From assembly GCF_009914755.1 (NCBI RefSeq), contig NC_060926.1: DNA of 64,000 nt; one strand, 5' to 3'. The notes under the pieces were generated by a model. The model had not been told where the DNA came from. It did not search any database and saw nothing but the letters and a program-made list of their open reading frames with translations. Below, in pieces: positions 1 to 12,920 of the stretch. Origin of the DNA: the human T2T-CHM13v2.0 reference genome, Homo sapiens. Position 1 is the first letter of the stretch, and each line of letters begins with the position of its first letter. A program made the translations under genes and the position numbers.

Positions 1-19
1 TGAACTGGGGTTTGCAAGT

Positions 20-370
20 TTAGTAGAATATGGATTCTCTTGGGAGCCAGGAGGTGGGAGTGCTACTCCAGGAAGAGGGATTTATCTGAGGAAAGACCTG
101 ACAGTAGGAATTGACTGGAGAATAAGGCAGGAGGTTAGGCATATATAAGGACAGAATTCTGAGTGGACTTGTAGCTAACGAGGTAGGACTTTATTCTTCT
201 GTATGAGAAGTCGTTGATGCTTTTTCAACAGAGTTTGATATTGAAAGAGCTATATAATTCAAGGAGTTAATCTACCTTTGCCATATAAGACAGGTTCACT
301 CAGTTAAACTAGAGGTCCCCAAACCCTGATGAGAGACTGTTGGAGTTCATGGTTACCAAGGTAGCTAGAG
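20..370 (-). mobile_element. Degraded L2 fragment
   Basis: Purine-rich sequence resembling L2 (ggactttattct...). Confidence 0.35.
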
Positions 371-429
371 CTTGAGTGGCGAAGACAGTCACAGAGAAGT
401 GAGCCTATAAGTCTGAATCATGTTTCCCT

Positions 430-855
430 TAAGAGTTGTCACAGCTTAGTAAGCAACACAAACCAATAAGCAGGAAAGTTGAGCAGAAAGTGGCTGCTAA
501 CAAACTAAGCTCAGCAGAGTTTTCAGCAGTTTCATGGTGCTAGAGATAGAGGCGTCCTGGTAAACACCCTAGGTTGAACAACTGCATCCTAGCAGTAAGA
601 GTGAACCAGGAGTAGACTAGGTCTTAATAAGATTGAAAACAAGCTTCAAGTTAGCTTGATCTCTGATTTTATTAGCTCCCGCTGCCAACCAGAAAGTAAA
701 GAAACTCTTCAGTTGAAGATAAATTTCACATCCTTTATGGTTTTTAATGATACAGTGTTTGACATTGAGTCCCCAGATTCCAGACATGCCAAGAACCAGA
801 ACAAGAGAAAAAACAGATGCAAAAATAGACACAGATGATCAGGTGTGGACGTCAG
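430..855 (+). mobile_element. Old L1M 5'UTR/ORF1-start fragment
   Basis: cagacatgccaagaaccagaa...gacacagatgatcagg resembles the ORF1 start of L1MC/ME. Confidence 0.45.
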
Positions 856-2452
856 TAAAAAATGTTGTGCCACTTCTTTCATTTCTCCTTTGTTTCTGAT
901 GAGATGTCTGCTGTCATTTGAATTATTTTCTCTTATAGGTAAATTATCATTTCTCTCTTACTGTTTTTATTACACTTTCTGTGTCTTTAGCTTTCAGAAG
1001 TTTAACTATGATATGCTTTAATGTGGATTGCTTTGGGTTTATCCTGTTTATGGTTCACTCGGCTTCTTGAATCTGTAAATTTATGTGTTTTGCCAAACAT
1101 GGAAAATTGTCTGGTTTTTTTCTTAGAGCACTTTTTCAGCCCAGCCCACTTTCTTCTCTCCTTGTTGGATTCCATGGCAGAAGGTAGATCTTTTGTTAGA
1201 GCTTGATCTTTTGTTAGCGTTAGATCTTTTGTTAGGTCTTGAGGCTCTAATTATTTGTTTTCAGGCTATTTTTTCTCTGTTGTTTAGACTGGATAGTATC
1301 TATTGTTCTATATTTTGGTTCAGTGATTCTTTCCTCTGTCCCTTCCATTCTACTGTTGCATCCATCCATTACATCTTTTGTTTTACCTATTTTTCAGTTC
1401 TGAAATTTCCATTTGGTTCTTCTTTATATCTTTTCTTTCTTTGCAGTATGTTCTTTATATCTTGCTTTGTTTTTGAGACTCTCAGTTATTTTGTTGTTTC
1501 AAGTATGTCTGTAATGGCTCCTTGAGTCATTTTTGTGACAGCTGCTTAAACATGTTTTTCAGATAATTTTAACACCTCCATCATCTTGGTATTGGCATCT
1601 GTGGATTGCCTTTTTTCATTCTGTTTGAGATATTCCTGGATCTTGGTATGATGAGTGATTTTTATTTGATACCTGGACATTTTTAGTATTACATGCTGAC
1701 ACTCTGGGTCTTATTTAAATGTTCTGATTTAGTTGGCTTTCTCTGGCCCTGCCCCCGCATGAGAAGGAGGGAAGCCTCATTACTTTCCTGTGGGGATACA
1801 AGTCCAGGTTCTCTACTTTGCCTCTCTTGACACTCAATTTAGGGAGAGATTCTTTGTTACTGCTGGTCATGGATGGGAGTTCTTGCCCACATTGATTTCT
1901 CCCTGGCTGGGAGGGGCAGGAATGTGTCATTATGGTTCCCCACATATCCTCCACAGGGTGATAGTCTCTTTACTGTGTGATGGTGAAAGGCCTGACTCTG
2001 CTAGGCTTCTCCAAAAACAGCCTGTGGCAGAAAGAGAGAAGGGTACCTTGTTACTACTAGGTGAAGGTCCAAGCTCTCCATGTGGTCTTCACTGACACTG
2101 TGGAAAAGGAGGTCTCATTATCCCGTGGCAGGGACTGGCTCCCTACTGGCCTTCTCTGACATCACCATTGTGGGGAGAATTGAGTGCCTTATTACAGCCG
2201 GAGGAGAGCAGACATCTAGGCTCCCTACTTCACCTTTGCTGGTGGGAGTGGGAGCTACAGGCACAGAGTTGTTTTTTACTTCTGTTTTTGTGTTTTTGGT
2301 GATGTTTGGCTAGGTATAATGTGCTCTGTCTGGATTGTCTCTTTCCTTATTCTTTGCCTGGAGAGAACAGGATTTTGTTTTGTTTGGCTGGTTGGTTTTG
2401 GGGGGAGTCTGGGCCTATGGGTTTTTTCGGGCTGCCAGCTTCTTCAGCTCCA
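856..2452 (-). mobile_element. Old L1M (L1MC/MD-like) ORF1 and 5'UTR, antisense
   Basis: T-rich antisense ORF1 pattern. The reverse complement of 1540-1680 reads aatgtccagg...aaaatcactcatcataccaag...cacagatgccaa. Confidence 0.65.
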
Positions 2453-2454
2453 AG

Positions 2455-4998
2455 GTGATAACATGTAACAGAAACAGAAAACTACAGGCCAATATTCCTG
2501 ATAAACACAGATGCAAAAATCCTCAATGAAATACTAGCAAACTGAATCCAACAGCACATCAAAAAGATCACACACCATGCCTAAGTGGGATTTATCCTAG
2601 GAATGGTTCAACATATGCAAATCAATAAAAGTGATTCATCATATCAACAGAATGAAGTACAAAATCATATGATCACCCAAAAGATGTAGAAAAAATCATT
2701 TGATAAAATTTAACATCCCTTCATGCTAAATCTCTCAACAAATTAGACATAGAAGGAATATATCTCAATACAGTTAAAGGCCATATATGACAAACCCACA
2801 GCTAACATTATACTGAATGGGGAAAAGTTGAAAGTTTTTCCTTTAAGGAAAGGAATAAGGCAAGGATGCCCACTTTCATCACTCTTATTCAACATAGTAC
2901 TGGAAGTCTTAGCCAGAGCAAATAGGCAAGAGAAGGAAATAGAAGGCATCTACATTGGAAAAGAGGAAGTCAAATTGTCTCTGTTTGCAGATGACATGAT
3001 CTTATATATAGAAAAACCTAGAAACTCCACTTTTTTTAATCAGTTTTAAAATTGATAAACGAATTCAGTAAAGTTGTAGGATACAAAATCAACATACAAA
3101 AATCAGTAGCATTTCTATATATCAGTAATGAACTAGCCTGGAAAAGAAAGCAATTCTATTTACAATAACCACAAAAAAACCCCACCTAGGAATAAATTTA
3201 ACCAAGGAGGTGAAATATCTCTACAATAAAAACTACAAAACACTGATGAAATAAATTGAAGAGGTCCTACAAAAAATGGAAACATATTTCATGTTCATGG
3301 ATCAACAAAGAGCTAATATTGTCAAAATGACCATACTACCCAAAGCAATGTACAGATTCAACACAAGCCCTATCAAAATACCAATGACATTCTTCACAAA
3401 GATAGAAAAAAAGATCCTAAAATTTGTATGAAACCACAGACGACCCCAAATAGGCAAAGAATTCCTGAGGGGTGGGAGAGGACCTTGGAGGCATCACATT
3501 ATCTGACTTCAAAATATACTGCAAAGCAGTAGTAACCCAAACAGCATGCACTGGCATAAAAACAGACACATAGACCAATGGAGCAGAAGAGAACCCAGAA
3601 ATAAATCTACATATTTATAGCCAACTGATTTTTAACAGAGGCACCAAGAACATACATTCGGGAAAAGACAAGCCTCTTCAATAAATGGGGCTGGGAAAAC
3701 TGGATATGCAGAAGAATGAAACTAGACCCTCATCTCTCATCGTATACAAAAATCAACTCCAAATGGTTTAAGACTTAAATGTAAAATCTGAAATGCTTCA
3801 GGATATTTATCTGGGCAAAGATTTCCTGGCTAAGACTTCAAATGCACAGGTGCAACAAAAGCAACAATAGACAAATGGTATTATATCAAGCTAAAAAACC
3901 TCACAGCAGAGAAAACAATCAACAGGGTAAAGAGACGACCTGAAGAATGGGAGAAAATATTTGCAAACTATTCTTCTGATAAGAGATTAATATCAAAAAT
4001 AAGTAAGAAACTCAACAGCAAAAAGCCAATAATTCAGTTAATAAATAGGCTAATGATCTGACTAGACATTTCTCAAAAGGAATATGCAAAAGGCCAACAA
4101 ATATATGGAAAAAATATTAAACTTCAGTAATCATTAGGGAAATGAAAATCAAAACCATAATGAGGATTATTTCACCTCAGAATGGCTATTATCAACAAGA
4201 CAAAAAATAAATGCTGGCAAGGATGTGGAGGAAAGGGCACTCATACACTATTTGTAGGAATATAAATTAGAACCACCATTATGCAAACCAGTGTGGATAC
4301 TCCTCAAAACTAAAAATATAACTGCCATGTGTTTCAGCAATCCCACTACTAGGTATTTACCCAACATAAAGGATAACAGTATGTCGAAGAGATATCTATA
4401 TTCCCATATTTATTGCAGCATATCACAGTAACCAAGATACGGAATCAACCTAAATATCTATCAACAGATGAATGGATAAAGAAAATATGATATATATACA
4501 GAATGGAATACTATTCAGCCATAAAGAAGAATGAAATCCTGTCATTTGGAGCAATGTGGATGAACCTGGAGGACTGTATATTAAGTTAAATAAGTCAGAC
4601 ACAGAAAGACAAATATAGCACATTTTCACTCATATTGTGGGAGCTAAAAAAATTTGAGCACGTATAAGTAGAGAGATAATTGTGGTTAATAAAGGCAGGA
4701 AGGATAATCGGGAGGCAGGTATTGGGAGAGGTTGGATAACAGATACAAAATTATAGGTTAGATAAGAATAAGTTCTGGTGTTCTGTAGCAATGTAGGGTG
4801 ACTATCATTAACAAGAATTTAGTTTGTATCTTTAAATATCTAGAAGAGAGGATTTTGAATGTTCCTAACACAAAGATGATGAATGTTTAAGGTGATTGAT
4901 ATGCCATTACCCTGATTTGATTATTAAACATTCTATATATGTATTGAAATATCACCGTACCCCATAAATATAGTTACTAAATGTCAATTTTTTAAAAA
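2455..4998 (+). mobile_element. 5'-truncated L1MA-type LINE: decayed ORF2 (RT to C-terminus) plus 3'UTR
   Basis: aaaactacaggccaat (NYRP) start; ORF 2828-3049 has IRQGCPLS and [11 protein letters not shown] motifs; L1MA-type 3' end (agaagagaggattttgaatgttcc...ccccataaatat). Many frameshifts and stops. Confidence 0.93.
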
Positions 4999-5285
4999 GC
5001 TATTATTTTTCAAATGATAAAAAAGAAGTATTTTGTAGAATGTTAATTATCTATATTCCATTTTATTAAAATATATACAATTTTGTTTTTGTTTGCTTCA
5101 AGAGAAATGTCCCAGTGTAGTTTATATATTAATTATGCATATCTTAATGAATTCAGAATAGTACTTTAAATATATTAAGTTTATTTACTGCTCCCCCCAC
5201 CCATTTTCCAAAGTAGACTGCATTAATTTCATGTGATTGATCCAAGTAGATCCAATTGATTGACTTACTGTTTTCCTAATTTCAG

Positions 5286-5370
5286 GTTCCAGTTACAGCT
5301 ATATCAGAGAATGAGTTAATCTCCTCAGAAATCACTAAATACTACTCTGAGGGGCTTAGAAATTAACAGG
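5286..5370 (+). other. NCOA1: Non-coding (5'UTR-type) internal exon, 85 nt; probably NCOA1
   Basis: Acceptor gacttactgttttcctaatttcag|G and donor AGG|GTAAGT in unique sequence. Stops occur in all three frames. The gene name rests on my recollection of an 85-nt NCOA1 5'UTR exon followed by a very long intron; it needs BLAT confirmation. Confidence 0.65.
5311..5319 (+). promoter_or_regulatory. Minimal uORF ATG-AGT-TAA (Met-Ser-stop) in the UTR exon
   Basis: agaATGAGTTAA with A at -3; the only ATG in the exon. Confidence 0.55.
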
Positions 5371-5719
5371 GTAAGTTGAATATCATCTTAAATACTATCT
5401 GGATTTTTATAGTGAATTCCTAATTTGGGCCTATAGTGTGTCAGGCAACAGTTGGGCACTGGGAAGAAAATTCTTTCTCTTATTTTCCATGCCTGTAGTG
5501 GTTTTCAGTTTTCTTTTGGATCAGGGCCCCTTTGAGAGTCTGCTTAAAGCTGTGTAGATCTTTTCACAAACATTCACACATGTTCAGTCAGAGTTTGAAG
5601 ATCTTCGAAAACTTCCTAAAGTTCACAGACCATTGGGCAACCCTGTGCTTTGCAGTATTTCAGACGTTTTTACAGGCTTTGTTTCTCTTTTAAATATTAC
5701 AACTCTATGAATTAGTGAC

Positions 5720-5820
5720 TGATATTGATATTTTACATTGAAGAAACCGGTGTTCAAAATGGTATGTGACTTTTCCTGTAATGCAGCTGTCAAATGTGAG
5801 GCTAGAATTGAAGACTTTCC
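5720..5820 (-). mobile_element. MIR fragment
   Basis: ttttacattgaagaaacc...gtgactt...ctagaattgaa MIR core pattern. Confidence 0.5.
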
Positions 5821-5859
5821 CAAATTTTAATAATACTGTTGGCTTTTTTTAAGGTTCTT

Positions 5860-6800
5860 TCTTCTTAATATGTCAAATTGCTCCTTAGTAAGATTGTGTC
5901 AGCCTTTCCTCATTGTCAGCAAGTGAGCATGCCTGCTTCACCACATTATCCCATTGGGTGTTCCCCCACCCTAGTGTTTGCTAAATTGGCATGTAGATAA
6001 TTGCATTTCATTTTAATTTGTTTCTTTGTTGTATTTAGAGTTCTCTATCCACTTATCCATTGGAGTCTTACCAATTTTTATAGCATTATATATGAATTTT
6101 GAATATATTAAGAATATTTGTCATGTTTTGTGCAAATACATTTACCCTTTCTGTTTGCCTTTTTACTTTGTGATTTTTTTTATGTATAGAAGTTTTGAAA
6201 TGTTTAAGTATTCAGATCTACTTTTTCCTCTACATTTTTTCTCTTTTTTTAGTGTAGAAATTTCCAAATGCTTCATACATCTCAATGAATGCAGACACAT
6301 TCACAGATTTTTTTTTTAACATAATGGCAATCTAAAAGATTAAAAAAGGAATGCCACTTAAGTTACAGATTTTTGACTTCCTTTTGTCATATGTTTATTG
6401 GCTATTGGTCTTTCGTCTTCTTTAAATATTTTTAAGTATTTAATCTTTCATAATTTTTATAAATGATATGTAGAAATCTAGATTATTAGTTCTGATAGCA
6501 TTTAGTAAATGTTTCATTTTTACCAAGATTTCAAAGTATAGTTTACCCAATGTAAGATTTTCATATACACGTATATTTCTTTGTCTCTATTAATGTTCCT
6601 TTGATCTAATTATCTGTCACAGCATAATTATGATGTATTTTTAATGTTATTGTAGCTTTAAAGTCCTCTTTTATTAGTTTTTCAAAACTGTTTTATTCTT
6701 TGATATTTTTCCAAATTAACTTGAGAATATATTCATCAAATTAAAAAGTAAACATATGAAGGATTTTTAATTACGATTGCATTGAGTTAAAGATTCATTT
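5860..6800 (-). mobile_element. Highly degraded L1ME-like ORF2 fragments
   Basis: Antisense L1 phrases (ttttaatttgtttc, gattgcattga). Confidence 0.5.
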
Positions 6801-6802
6801 GG

Positions 6803-7561
<759 letters not shown>

Positions 7562-7799
7562 AGCTTGCTATACTTCTTTATGTTTTTTCTACACATATGC
7601 AACTTGGAATTAGATCTCTGTCCTCTCAGAGACTTTCCTTATGCTGTCTGGCTCCCAGGAGCCTCTTTTCCTAGTCCTTTCACTAGTGGCAGGGGTTATT
7701 CTTTCTCTTAGAGTCTTAGTGTCACCCTCCCCCACTGTTTTGCCCCAGAGAAATACATAGTGAAGATTCTTCCCATATTCTTCCTACTACCCTGGACCC

Positions 7800-8280
7800 T
7801 TTCCCGTTTCTCAGGACAGAAGGACAGGTTTCTCTTAGGCTTTCAGATGTGCTGCCTCAGTAGTGCAGCTTCATAACAGACTGGCTTTGAGGCAGAGTCA
7901 GCAGAGAAGAAAAAAAAAAAAAAGAAACTGGGAACTCCCCTCGTACTGCTCCAAACCACACACTGTAGCCCACAGATGCTTGTTTTACACCCACTAGAAA
8001 GAGGGGGTTTCTCCTGGAGTTTTGCCATGTGTGTCTGCTGCCTAATTCTGGGACTCTGCCCACCCTCAGGTCAAAGTGGTAGATAAAGGAAGGATTAAAA
8101 AAAAATAGTAAACTCACCTTCATATTGGTTATTCTTCATATTTTGACTTTCTTCTCCAACGCACCTGACATTGTTATTTTTCAGTTTTCAAGAAGTTGCT
8201 TTTAGTATTCTGCCCAGAGTTTTTAGTTGTAATTAGTGAGGGAGATAGGCTGTAAAGGGCTTATTCCATCTTGACATTCA
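7800..8280 (-). mobile_element. Old L1M 5' end, antisense
   Basis: gtttttagttgtaattagtg...cttattccatcttg is the reverse complement of a typical L1M 5' start (caagatgg). Confidence 0.5.
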
Positions 8281-8586
8281 CTGAAAGTCACATTATTTCA
8301 TTTTGAAAATAATTTTTGTTTTGATTTTCCCAAAATTCTTCTTGTTCCTTGACTATTATAAGAACAGATTTTTGTTGTTGTTGTTCTGTGCATATACTGG
8401 CCTCTTGTATCTCTCTCAAGATACCAATAAAGTTAGGAACATTTTATTTATTTTTGTTGCCTTACTGTATTTTCTTTGGGTCATTGTGTCTCTACTTCTA
8501 CACTTTATTGCCTCTCTTGGTTTTTATTAAGTGGCCAGTGATTGTTAGCTTTCTTCTTTACAGTATTTTCAAGTAAAGGTCACAAT

Positions 8587-8761
8587 CAGTGGTTGTCTTA
8601 CTTGAATGTATATACCCATTGCTTGGCGGCCCAGGTAAAATGTAGATTCCTGGTCCCATGGACAAAAATCTGATTCAGTAAGTCTAGAGTAGGGCACATA
8701 AACACCTTAAATTCTTTTGATGCTGATAGTTGAATGATAGCCCTTGAAATCTTGGAAACTG
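8587..8761. mobile_element. MER5-family hAT-Charlie MITE
   Basis: cagtggtt...aaaatgtagattcctgg...tctgattcagtaagtct...gaaactg. Confidence 0.7.
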
Positions 8762-8884
8762 GTGTAATTCTGTACAGCTCATTATTCCCCTTTACAAAAT
8801 ACTGTCTTACCCACTGAGCATCATGGCTGACCATGGGACTCTGCAGTTGGCTTCCCGCTTGCTGTGGTGAGTGAGAGGTGGGCT

Positions 8885-9182
8885 TTCCCTCCCCTCCCCT
8901 CCCCTCTTTGGAGACAGGATCTCATTCTGTCACCCAGACTGGAGCACAGTAGTGTGATCATGGCTCACTGCATCCTTGACCACCCAAGATCTAGGAAACT
9001 TTCCACCTCAGCCTCCCGAGTAGCTGGGACTACAGGTGCTCGCCACCATACCCATTAATTTTTCTGTTTTTGTAGAGGTGGAGTCTCTGTATGTTGCCTA
9101 GGCTGGTGTGGAACTCCCAGCCTCAAGCAATCCTCCCACTTCAGTCTCATTGGGATTACAACCGTGAGCTACTGTTCCTGGA
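8885..9182 (-). mobile_element. AluJ, antisense, (CCCCT)n-type tail
   Basis: gagacaggatctcattctgtcacccag...gatcatggctcactgca...gggattaca. Confidence 0.9.
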
Positions 9183-10437
9183 CTCATTTTTCTTATCATG
9201 CACTTGCAGAGACAAGGCTAATAGCGGGGCCCTGTCCCTCGGTTTCTGCTGTTGGAAAGGAATTTTTCTGCAGGGAGAGTTCTGATTAGTTCTGAGTTGC
9301 CTTCCTTTTTCCCCCCTCTCCGTTGAGATTGTCTTTAGCCTGCTATTATCTCCATTTCAAAGTTCACACTATAAGCCCTCAGACAAAGACTTTAGACTCA
9401 TGATAAATGCTGTGGCTGACACTTACTTGTCTTTAGAGTTGTACTGGCCATCATTGGTGTTTTTTCACTCAGTCGTTTTGTGGCCTGCCCACACCCCCAG
9501 GCCCTTCTGACCTCAGGTCTTTAGTAGGAGAAGAGGTAGATGAATGGGCTCACTCTGCCATCTTAATTGAATGTCCACTGTTAATCTTAAGGTGATATTG
9601 GTTTCTAATGTGCAAGGTATTTCTGTTGAATTCTCAGATATAATAATCATCATGAAATCTGTAGTAGGATCACACCTTATGTATACTCAGGTGTGCAAAG
9701 AAAATATAGCTTCTTTATTTTTCTTATCTCTTCCTTTTGATGAACCCTGGTCACTGGATGGCCGGAAGAAGAGTACCAGACTTACTCCCATCTGGTAAAC
9801 TGGGTCTTATCCAATAATTTAAATAGTTGTGTTTGGATATTTCAGCTTCTGGATACTACTCATTCAAATATTATCTCTTTCCTCAGACGTGCCCACAACA
9901 GAATCTAGACTTATGGGTTGGCTTGTGTGACCTTGTAGTGGTGGAAGCACACCAAGACCCTCAATCTATCTACTGTCTTTTCTGGTTTCTTACTGGTCTC
10001 TCCCTGGAATTGTGGCCACCGAGGTACTACCAGAACTATCGTTTGAGGTACTACCAGAACTGTCTGAGACCTGTTCTTTTTGCTCCTAGAATGCATTGTC
10101 CATCTTTCCTGGTGTCACAGATAGCCTGAAGTCTGGCTTGGCCCCCTGAGCCTGGTATTCTCTCTTCCAGGCCTCTTGCTATGGAATTACTTTATCCCTC
10201 TGGCAAAGTCGTCAATCTGTATCTTAAGTTACCTTTCCCGTACTACTTTAGAGCACACAGAAGTTTCCTAAGGTACATTTCCTAAATGTACCTTCTTCCA
10301 TGGCACATGAGAAATAAGGGAGATGCCAGAGCTGATCTCACATTCCTTCTCAATCTTCCTGTGTTTCTGTGCATATATTTTGGAGTGGCTATCTCCAGCT
10401 TCTGTTGAGTAGGCATAGGGAGAGGAAAGAGGTTGGT

Positions 10438-10438
<1 letters not shown>

Positions 10439-10479
<41 letters not shown>

Positions 10480-10495
10480 AAAGTGTGTGTGTGTT
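10439..10495. repeat. (TG)n microsatellite, interrupted
   Basis: Read directly from the sequence. Confidence 0.97.
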
Positions 10496-11629
10496 TGTGC
10501 GCACACGCGCCACGTGTCAGGGAAGTTCCTGGAAGGCAGTCATTTTGTACAGTCTTAGTGGGAAGTGAAGCTGACTGTTCTAGCTCCCAGATTTCCTTAC
10601 TCCATCAGACATTCTTTTCTTCTGCCCCATCTGCCTGAAAGATGATGATGGGAGTATTGGTCACTTGCATCTTCTGTCTCTGTCTCACCTTTTAATCCCA
10701 CAATCCTTCATCCAGAATCAGGAGTTTGGGGCTATAATTCATATTTTTTCTAATTTATATCATCTTTCTACCCTAATTGACAGGCCCCATGTTCTGACTG
10801 TCATGAGCAGAAGGGATATCTGCTCTGTACTGTGGAAGAAACTATAATCCTACTCTTTTCAATCTTGGCCAGAAAATATTAGTGTCTAACAAATTCCTTC
10901 TTTGGGAAAACCAGACTTTCAAAAACTTTTATCTTAGTGTAAAATTCTTTCTTTAATTCATAAGGTAAATATTAACTATTTCTTTCTCTTTTCATTTTTA
11001 AACTTTACCAAATATATGGATGCTACTCATAGAATAGGAGGGAAGTCAGTGGAAGGAAAAGCAAATGAGAAAAGCATGTCAGTATCTTTTCATAATCATG
11101 AGAGCATATCTACTCTCAGTACTCCCGTTTCTCAAGACTTCCTTGGCTTTTCTTACATTTACTTTTTTAATTGTAGTAGAGACTCTTACAAGATTATGCT
11201 TCTAAAACATATTATAGTTATTTGATTTGTATTAAGCTTATAACTTTGATATTTTTAATTATAGTTTTCTCAAATAGGAAAATAGTGTGTCTCTATTTTT
11301 TCAAATCTTCTCAAAATATTTATCAATAAGGTTTTATAAAATTTTGAAATGTGGATTTAATAAATATGTCTCACATTCTTTTTAGGAAATTTTTTTTCTT
11401 TTTAGTTTTTAAGAGTAAAATCCAGGTTGCAACTCAGTTTCTTCTGCCTTGTAGCTCTTCCCTGTGTGGACCCATGGCACTTTGTTTATTTGTCTTTTGT
11501 AGAATTCCTCATATTTGTGTTTACCAAACTGTAGTCAGCTCAATGCAGGGAATCAGACATTGCTTGTCTTTATTTGCCCTAGTGCCCAACAAATTCCTGC
11601 TCATGATAGGCATGGGGAAATCAGCAATT

Positions 11630-11842
11630 CCTGTGCTCCTTTCCTGATTTATTTTCTCCATAGGACTTACCATGTTCTAACATACTGTATTGTTTATTTG
11701 TTTTATTTATTGTCTGTCTCTTCTCACTGAATTATAAATAGCATGCAGGCAGAGATTTTGAACGATTTTGCTTACTACTGTATTCCTAACACCTAGTGGA
11801 GCACCTGTCATGAAGGTGACCAGTATTTGTTGAATGATTAAT
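11630..11842 (+). mobile_element. L2 3' end
   Basis: ttgtttatttg...tctgtctc...ctgtattcctaacacctag...tatttgttgaatga. Confidence 0.8.
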
Positions 11843-12109
11843 AAATTATCAAAATTTAGATAATTGTCTAAATTATATCATATGATCTATAAAATACTGT
11901 AAGTATAAACTTCTGGTATAAAAAATAGTAATGTAATTGGAAAGGTACATTAAAAGTTAGGAAGACCTTAATATATAATCTACTATCCCATTTTGTGAAA
12001 TGAGCAAGAAATAATTTAAGCACAAAGCCCAAGCTAATTGTGGAAATGGACCAAGAATTTAGAACTCTTAAGTAAAACATAATAATAATGTCAACTGGAC
12101 ATGTGGTAA

Positions 12110-12337
12110 GCAGTATATATGGTTGTAGTTAAGAAAAAGTACAGGTTCTGCAATCAGACATTTCTAGGCAAGTTTCTTGATCTCTCTGTGCCTTAGTTTC
12201 CTCCCCTGCAAACTAGGAAAAAATTGTATCTTTCTTATAGATTGTTCTAAGACATCTATGAAATAAAGTGTAGTAACTCTTAGCACACTGCCTGGCGTTT
12301 AGTGAAGGCTCAAAAAGTTAGCTTCCATTATTACTAT
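12110..12337 (+). mobile_element. MIR
   Basis: ggcaagtttcttgatctctctgtgccttagtttcctc...cttagcacactgcctggc. Confidence 0.85.
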
Positions 12338-12499
12338 TTGGAATATCTGCCATCTGTAGCTTGTGGATGTGAGAGTTCTTTAGTTTTTGGTGGGGCTTTT
12401 AAAAAATAGTTCCTAGAGGCCAGGCTATCTTTTAGTCTTTCCTTCAATCCCTCTAATATGCCAAGCTCCCCAGTTCTCTGAATTGATGCATCTACTCTT

Positions 12500-12920
12500 C
12501 TATTGGCCTAGAGAACACTCTTCTCTGACATGCTTTGCTTCTTTAACACCTACTTATCTTTCAGGTCTCTTCCTGTTTCTCTCATTTTTAAATTTTTATT
12601 TTAAGAATTTATAAATATATACAAAAGTAGAGAGTATGATGAATCCATCACCATTTCTATGTATCCATTACCCACCATCAATAGCTGTGGGGATTTGATC
12701 TCTTTAAAAATTAAAAAAAAGTTTTCTTGAAATCCCAGTAAATACCTTTTATTTTTTTCTTCCTAGCACATTAACACAATTTGCAATCATGTATTTAATG
12801 TCTCTTTTCTCCATTAGTTTATAAGCTCCATAAAAGCTGTTTTCTTTATTGTGATATATCCAGTGTCTCATACAGTGCCTGAAACATGATAGGTTCTCAA
12901 ATGTGAAAGGAATGAATTAT
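12500..12920 (+). mobile_element. L2 3' fragment, interrupted by a small old-L1 piece (~12590-12720)
   Basis: cctagcaca...ataagctccat...acagtgcctgaaacatgataggttctcaa. Confidence 0.6.

Noticed and set aside
1187-1235. CRISPR-like repeat-spacer appearance
   Set aside because: 13-bp repeats with 5-nt spacers inside a primate L1 and no cas genes.
2828-3049. Reverse-transcriptase motifs (QGCPLS, FADD)
   Set aside because: Decayed L1 ORF2 with surrounding frameshifts; not a novel RT system.
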